Below, in pieces: positions 58,884 through 64,000 of a stretch of 64,000 bases of DNA (position 1 is the stretch's first letter; every line of letters starts with the position of its first letter). Made by a program: the position numbers and the translations under genes. Source of the stretch: an uncultured Alphaproteobacteria bacterium (GTDB lineage Bacteria > Pseudomonadota > Alphaproteobacteria > Rs-D84); NCBI GenBank assembly GCA_963540515.1, contig CAUTNA010000004.1, positions 585 through 64,584 of the forward strand, read 5' to 3'. The notes under the pieces were generated by a model. It worked only from the letters and a program-made list of their open reading frames with translations, was not told the origin of the DNA and did no database searches.

Positions 58884-59923
58884 AAATATGGATAGCAACA
58901 GGAGGAACTGGTGGACATGTTTTTCCAGCTTTAAGTGTTGCAAACAAATTAGATAAATTAGGACATAAAGTAATTATATCAAGTGACTTACGAGTTAAAG
59001 ATATGATTTCTAAAAATAAGCCTATAAATTCAAAATTATTTATTATATGGGCATCTGGTATTGGTGGAAAAAATCTTTTATTTAAATTATTTTCGTTATT
59101 TAAAATAGCAATATCTACTGTATATTTATTTTTTATATTTTTAATAAAAAAACCTAATAAAGTTGTTGCATTTGGTGGTTATTCTTCTGTACCTGCTATA
59201 TTTGTTGCACATTTATTAAAAATACCTACCCTACTTCATGAACAAAACGCAGCAATTGGAAGAGCAAATAAATTTGCATTAAAATGGGTAAAAGTGCTTA
59301 TGACTAGTTTTAAAAATGTAGAAGGAGTTAATGATAAGTCTGTAAAAATTGTTTATACAGGTTTACCAGTTAGAGATGAAATATTAAAATTATCAAATAG
59401 CCCTCTTAAAATGAAATCTGAAATTCTAATTACAGGAGGTTCTTTAGGAGCAAAAATTCTTGATGATATAGTACCAATTGCAATAGAAAATATAAAAAAT
59501 AAAAAAGTTTTTATAACCCATCAAACAAGACCAGAAAACACTGATAAATTAAGAAAGTTTTATTCAAAAGCAAAGATAAAAGCAAATGTTGTATCTTTCA
59601 TAAATGATATAGCAACAGTGATAGAAAAATCTGATCTTATTATAAGTAGAGGTGGTGCAAGTACTGTTGTAGAATTACAAACAATAGGAAGACCTGCTAT
59701 AATAGTGCCATTATCAATAAACCCTGATCAAATGGCAAATGCAAAAAGTTTTGAAAAAACAGGTGGAGCTATCGCAATAGAACAATCTAAATTTACTGTA
59801 AAATGGCTAAGTTCAACTATATCAGAGTTATTGAATAATCCAAACCGACTTAAAAAGATGTCTGAAAAAGCATATATAAAAAACAATGCTACGGAATTAA
59901 TTATACAACAAATATTGAAATAG
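58868..59923 (+). CDS. murG: UDP-N-acetylglucosamine--N-acetylmuramyl-(pentapeptide) pyrophosphoryl-undecaprenol N-acetylglucosamine transferase
   Basis: GGTGGHVFPAL N-terminal motif; 351 aa. Confidence 0.85.
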   Translation: MEAIMKIWIATGGTGGHVFPALSVANKLDKLGHKVIISSDLRVKDMISKNKPINSKLFIIWASGIGGKNLLFKLFSLFKIAISTVYLFFIFLIKKPNKVVAFGGYSSVPAIFVAHLLKIPTLLHEQNAAIGRANKFALKWVKVLMTSFKNVEGVNDKSVKIVYTGLPVRDEILKLSNSPLKMKSEILITGGSLGAKILDDIVPIAIENIKNKKVFITHQTRPENTDKLRKFYSKAKIKANVVSFINDIATVIEKSDLIISRGGASTVVELQTIGRPAIIVPLSINPDQMANAKSFEKTGGAIAIEQSKFTVKWLSSTISELLNNPNRLKKMSEKAYIKNNATELIIQQILK

Positions 59924-59987
59924 CTAATTTTATACTTGCTTGCGAATCGTGATTTGTTTTATGATAAGGCAAGATAAGTAGGATATT

Positions 59988-61166
59988 TTGAAGAAAACAA
60001 TTCTTTTTTATTCGTTATTTTATTTCTCTTTTGCTTTTGCAGATGTTCATTTACCAATAGTTGATGTGTCTTCTGGACAAATATCTGCAAGAAAAGCTTT
60101 TGGGGATGAAGATGTTCTTGTAAGCAAAGTTGTAAGCTTGCCTAAGGAAGAAAAATTACAAAAAAAACAACCAACAGTTATAAAGGTTGCAAAACCGAAA
60201 TCTATAAAGAAAGATAATATTCTTTCACCTCAAAAACCAAGTAGTAATTTATGGACAAAGCATTATCCTTCAAAAAAGGAAAATGATATTATTTTAAAAG
60301 ATGAAACCTTGGAGATGGTAAGATCTAAAAATAATACAAAAGATAATAACGATAAAAAAATAAATGATTTAGATTTACAGATATCAAGATTGATTGAACT
60401 TCAAAAGAAAGCTGAAGAGAGTTTAAAGCAAGATTCAGTATTTGTTAAAACTAATGATGATAAAATTTATTCAAATATTGAAAATAATATTAAAAATAAA
60501 AATGATGTACAAATTCGTAAAATTTATGTTCCATCAATAGATTCTGATGAAGAAATAAAAGAAGAACCTAAAAAAAATTTATCAGAAGTAAAACAAGTTC
60601 AGAATTTTAATGAAATGTCTTCTATGTCTCCATCGGAGTTAAAGAAAGCTTTTAAAAGAACTTACCTATCTGAAAACAAACATCTATCCACTTATAAAGT
60701 TGAGGATAAATTTGATGTAGTAAGTGATTTGTCAAAAACAACTGAAGGTTTTTCTTCAACTAAAGATTTATCAGAATCCTCAGGTATAAGACCTCTTGAA
60801 ATCAAAATAGGATTTTTAGGAAATGATTCTTCTCTTTCAAGAGATAATTATAACTTACTTAGTGAGTATGCAAGTATAGTTGTAAGTAATCCTAAAAGGG
60901 CTGTTCAAGTATCTATACCAGAAAAATCAACAAGAACTCTTGATGATAGGAAAATTGCAGCAAAAAGGTTAGTTATTGTTGAACAAGTATTGAAAGATAT
61001 TGGTATTTCTGAACAAAAGATTGTCCCAGTACTTTCTCAAAGAAATGATGATAGTTTCATTTTGAGAGTTATTTCCTCTGATCAGTATGAAACTCTTACA
61101 CAACAAAAAAGAGATATGTTTGGTGATCAGGTTGTTTCAAAGACTTATAAAAGTTTATCTTGGTAG
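59988..61166 (+). CDS. Hypothetical secreted K/E/D-rich protein (TTG start)
   Basis: Signal peptide MKKTILFYSLFYFSFAFA followed by a low-complexity charged region; no recognised domain. Confidence 0.35.
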   Translation: MKKTILFYSLFYFSFAFADVHLPIVDVSSGQISARKAFGDEDVLVSKVVSLPKEEKLQKKQPTVIKVAKPKSIKKDNILSPQKPSSNLWTKHYPSKKENDIILKDETLEMVRSKNNTKDNNDKKINDLDLQISRLIELQKKAEESLKQDSVFVKTNDDKIYSNIENNIKNKNDVQIRKIYVPSIDSDEEIKEEPKKNLSEVKQVQNFNEMSSMSPSELKKAFKRTYLSENKHLSTYKVEDKFDVVSDLSKTTEGFSSTKDLSESSGIRPLEIKIGFLGNDSSLSRDNYNLLSEYASIVVSNPKRAVQVSIPEKSTRTLDDRKIAAKRLVIVEQVLKDIGISEQKIVPVLSQRNDDSFILRVISSDQYETLTQQKRDMFGDQVVSKTYKSLSW

Positions 61167-61890
61167 ATTTAAAATTTTATTTGATAAATTAGTAAATTTT
61201 ATATTTCCTGCAACTTGTCCAATTTGTAAGAATAATGTTTTATCAAATAATGATTTATGTCCAGATTGTTGGAATAAAATTAATTGGATAAGTTCTCCTA
61301 AATGTTATAAATGTGGTTATCCTTTTCCTGCTAATCTTGATAGAGAAAAATTTATGCTATGCCCAGATTGTATAAAAAACAAATCTAATTTAGATATGAT
61401 TCGATCTAGCTGTGAATATGATAGTTTTTCAAGAGAAATTATTCTGGCTTTTAAATACTCTAATACTTTCAGATATAATAAATTAATATCTGGTTCTATG
61501 ATAAGAAATTTAAAAGATATAGATGATAAAATTGATTTAATAGTACCTATGCCTTTATCTTATTTAAGACTTATAAAAAGAGGTTATAATCAGGCAACAC
61601 TAATTGCAAAACCAATTGCTAAATATTTAGGAGTAAAAATAGATATAAATAGTATTAAAAGAAAATATAAAGAAAGTACAAAAGGAAAAAGTTTTAAAGA
61701 AAGAAAAGAAAATGTTAAAAATGTTTTTAAAGTAGTGAACAAAAATAAGATAGAAGGAAAATCAATTTTAATTGTTGATGATGTTATGACATCTAAATCT
61801 TCTTTAGAAGAATTAGCAAAAACTTTAAAGAAGGCAGGAGCAAATAAAATATTTGCTGTAACCTTTGCAAGAACAGTGATAGATATTTAG
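61087..61890 (+). CDS. comF: ComF-family protein (double zinc ribbon plus phosphoribosyltransferase fold); the 5' end overlaps the preceding ORF by 80 nt and the true start is uncertain
   Basis: CPICKN...CPDCW...CYKCG...CPDC zinc ribbons; C-terminal PRTase motif ILIVDDVMTS. Confidence 0.6.
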   Translation: MKLLHNKKEICLVIRLFQRLIKVYLGRFKILFDKLVNFIFPATCPICKNNVLSNNDLCPDCWNKINWISSPKCYKCGYPFPANLDREKFMLCPDCIKNKSNLDMIRSSCEYDSFSREIILAFKYSNTFRYNKLISGSMIRNLKDIDDKIDLIVPMPLSYLRLIKRGYNQATLIAKPIAKYLGVKIDINSIKRKYKESTKGKSFKERKENVKNVFKVVNKNKIEGKSILIVDDVMTSKSSLEELAKTLKKAGANKIFAVTFARTVIDI

Positions 61891-61940
61891 TAAAATTTGA
61901 TTTTAATTATTTTTTTTATTAGTATCTTCTTGAGGTTTTT

Positions 61941-62471
61941 ATGAAATTTATTAAATTGAGTATAGTATCTTTTTTATTAGTATTTTCACCATTTATATCT
62001 TTTGCAAATAATGAAAAAGATAATTTTTCTGGGTTGTATCAAACAATTGATGATGAAACAAATGAACCAAAATCAATTGTATTTATATATAAATATAAAG
62101 ATTCTGATAAAGAGAAATTTGCCGGAAGAATAGTTGCACTGTATGATAAAGATGGAAAAATATCTGAAACTATTAAAAAACCAATAAAAAAAGCATCAAA
62201 GTTAACAGGAAATCCATATTTAGTTGGACTTGATATAATATGGAATATGGAAGAAAAAGATAATGAACTAGTTGGTGGAAAAATTTTAAATCCAAAAAAT
62301 GGTAAAATTTATAATTCTGTAATTTGGAAAGATGAAGATTATAAATTAAATGTCAGAGGAAAAATAGGACCATTTGGTAAAACTCAGATATGGAATACTA
62401 AAATTTCAAATATACCTACTTGTTTAAAAAAATTAAAATCAATTGATTTTAAACCTATAATTTTAGAGTAA
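61941..62471 (+). CDS. DUF2147-family periplasmic protein
   Basis: Signal peptide; the GLYQTIDDETNEPKSIV...GKILNPKNGKIYNSVIWKDEDYKLNVRGKIGPFGKTQIWN pattern fits DUF2147. Confidence 0.5.
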   Translation: MKFIKLSIVSFLLVFSPFISFANNEKDNFSGLYQTIDDETNEPKSIVFIYKYKDSDKEKFAGRIVALYDKDGKISETIKKPIKKASKLTGNPYLVGLDIIWNMEEKDNELVGGKILNPKNGKIYNSVIWKDEDYKLNVRGKIGPFGKTQIWNTKISNIPTCLKKLKSIDFKPIILE

Positions 62472-62483
62472 GGATTTATAAAA

Positions 62484-64000
62484 ATGTCTTATAAAAAGAA
62501 TCTTATTTTAGAAGAAAAATTTAATATCGAGGCAATTGAAAATAATTGTATAAAATTTTGGAAAGAAGATAATACTTATAAATTTGATAAAACAAGAGAC
62601 AGGAATGATACATTTGCAATAGATACTCCACCTCCAACTGTATCTGGTTCTCTTCATATTGGACATATAATGTCATATACTCAAGCAGATATACTTGCAA
62701 GATATCAAAGAATGACAGGAAAAACTGTTTTCTTTCCAATTGGTTGGGATGATAATGGACTTCCAACAGAACGAAGGGTTCAAAATTATTTTAATATAAA
62801 ATGTGATACTGATATCAAATATACAGAAGATTTTACCCCAATTCATAAAGATAAATTTGAAGAACCTCAAAAACATATTTCTAGAAAGAATTTTATAGAA
62901 GCTTGTCAAAATTTAATAGAAAAAGATGAAGTTATTTTTGAATCTATCTTTAGAAAAATGGGATTTTCTTATGATTGGAATTTAAAATATTCAACAATTT
63001 CTAAAACAGCTATTGAAGTTGCACAAAAAAACTTTATAGATTTGTACAAATCAGGAAATGTTTTTATGAAAAACTCCCCTACTATGTGGGATGTAACATT
63101 TGGAACAGCAGTTGCGCAAGCAGAGATAGAAGATAAAACAATAAATGGGTACTTTCATGATATAAAATTTACAACAGAAGAAGGTACTAGTTTTGTTATA
63201 GCAACAACAAGACCTGAATATTTACCAGCATGTATTGCAATCGTAGCAAATCCTAATGATGAAAGATATAAACATTTAATTGGTAAAACTGCAATAACAC
63301 CTCTTTTTAATACAAAAGTAAAAATATTTGGAGATATTCACGCTGATAGTGAAAAAGGTACAGGTATTATGATGGTATGCACCTTTGGAGATAGTGAAGA
63401 TATTAAATTTTGGAAAGCAAATAACCTACCACTTAAACAAATAATTGGAAAAAATGGAAAGATAATCGAAACTGACTTTTTAAAAGATAATAAATATTAT
63501 AATGAACTTATTGGATTACCTATAAAGGTTGCTAGAAAAAAAATCATAGAACAACTTAAAGAAAATGAATATCTAGTATCCGAGCCAAGACCTATTAGCC
63601 ATAGTGTTAAATTTTATGAAAAAGGTGATGAACCAATTGAAATTATTACAAGTCGACAATGGTTTATAAAACTTATGGACAAGAAAGATAAATTGAAAGA
63701 AATGGGAAACAAAGTTAATTGGTTTCCACAACATATGGGATTCAGACTTCAAAATTGGACTGATGGACTAAATCAAGATTGGGCAATATCAAGACAAAGA
63801 TTTTTTGGAGTACCATTTCCTGTTTGGTATAAATTAGATAAAAATAAAAATCCTATTTATGAGGAACCTATATTATCAAATAAATTACCTTGCGATCCCT
63901 CAATTGATTGTCCAGAAGAATTCTCTGAGGATAAAAGAGGTAAAGAAAATGGTTTTATTGCTGAAAGTGATGTTATGGATACTTGGGCGATAAGTAGTTT
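62484..64000 (+). CDS. valS: Valyl-tRNA synthetase, N-terminal ~505 aa (continues beyond the window); divergent archaeal/eukaryal-like type
   Basis: Class I HIGH motif (PPPTVSGSLHIGH), RYQRM, the ATTRPE...NPNDERYKHLIGK ValRS signature, DWAISRQRFFGVPFPVWY. AAGGA Shine-Dalgarno 8 nt upstream of the ATG at 62484. Confidence 0.75.
   Translation, partial: MSYKKNLILEEKFNIEAIENNCIKFWKEDNTYKFDKTRDRNDTFAIDTPPPTVSGSLHIGHIMSYTQADILARYQRMTGKTVFFPIGWDDNGLPTERRVQNYFNIKCDTDIKYTEDFTPIHKDKFEEPQKHISRKNFIEACQNLIEKDEVIFESIFRKMGFSYDWNLKYSTISKTAIEVAQKNFIDLYKSGNVFMKNSPTMWDVTFGTAVAQAEIEDKTINGYFHDIKFTTEEGTSFVIATTRPEYLPACIAIVANPNDERYKHLIGKTAITPLFNTKVKIFGDIHADSEKGTGIMMVCTFGDSEDIKFWKANNLPLKQIIGKNGKIIETDFLKDNKYYNELIGLPIKVARKKIIEQLKENEYLVSEPRPISHSVKFYEKGDEPIEIITSRQWFIKLMDKKDKLKEMGNKVNWFPQHMGFRLQNWTDGLNQDWAISRQRFFGVPFPVWYKLDKNKNPIYEEPILSNKLPCDPSIDCPEEFSEDKRGKENGFIAESDVMDTWAISS

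Noticed and set aside
1-64000. Scanned for CRISPR arrays, rRNA genes, IS elements and long tandem repeats.
   Set aside because: No regularly spaced direct repeats, no GC-rich structured RNA-like segments and no transposase ORFs were seen. The only repetitive DNA is the in-frame E/K codon repeats inside virB10 and the charged region of the 59988..61166 ORF.

Overview
This 64 kb window is a very AT-rich, densely packed bacterial chromosome segment whose context points to a reduced-genome alphaproteobacterium of the Rickettsiales/Holosporales type. That assignment rests on the tRNA-Trp-secE-nusG-rplKAJL-rpoBC cluster without an adjacent tuf, an RpoC of only 1366 aa that lacks the large gamma-type insertion, a GapR/DUF2312 gene, an archaeal-type ValRS, and dispersed multi-paralog VirB type IV secretion genes. 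Genetic code 11 is in use; TAA/TAG/TGA stops are respected by the long ORFs. The backbone carries translation/transcription genes (rpoB, rpoC, rplL/J/A/K, nusG, secE, rpmF, rpmE, two tRNAs, ksgA, truA, fmt, def and a partial valS). It also carries envelope/cell-division genes (glmS, plsX, dacA with a SPOR domain, PBP1A, mraY, ftsW, murG, yidC, lspA), DNA-metabolism genes (recR, rmuC, uvrD, a dnaQ-like exonuclease, comEC, comF) and a marR-tolC-MFP-RND efflux operon. Two accessory-looking features stand out. First, a virB8-virB9-virB10 operon at 16.2-20.8 kb sits directly next to tRNA-Trp/secE; its VirB9 carries a C-terminal SPOR-like peptidoglycan-binding domain and its VirB10 carries an E/K-repeat linker and a ~190-aa cysteine-rich C-terminal extension. 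Second, a tandem array of five paralogous polytopic membrane proteins at 46.4-52.9 kb is best explained as VirB6/TrbL-like and is separated from any virB3/virB4. Other notable points are a class III (anaerobic) ribonucleotide reductase whose glycyl-radical domain appears to be a separate small gene, a small serine recombinase beside tRNA-Arg at the window start, and a catalytically degenerate SuhB/IMPase homolog. No rRNA genes, CRISPR arrays or IS elements were seen. All calls come from reading the sequence and the supplied translations; no database search was possible.
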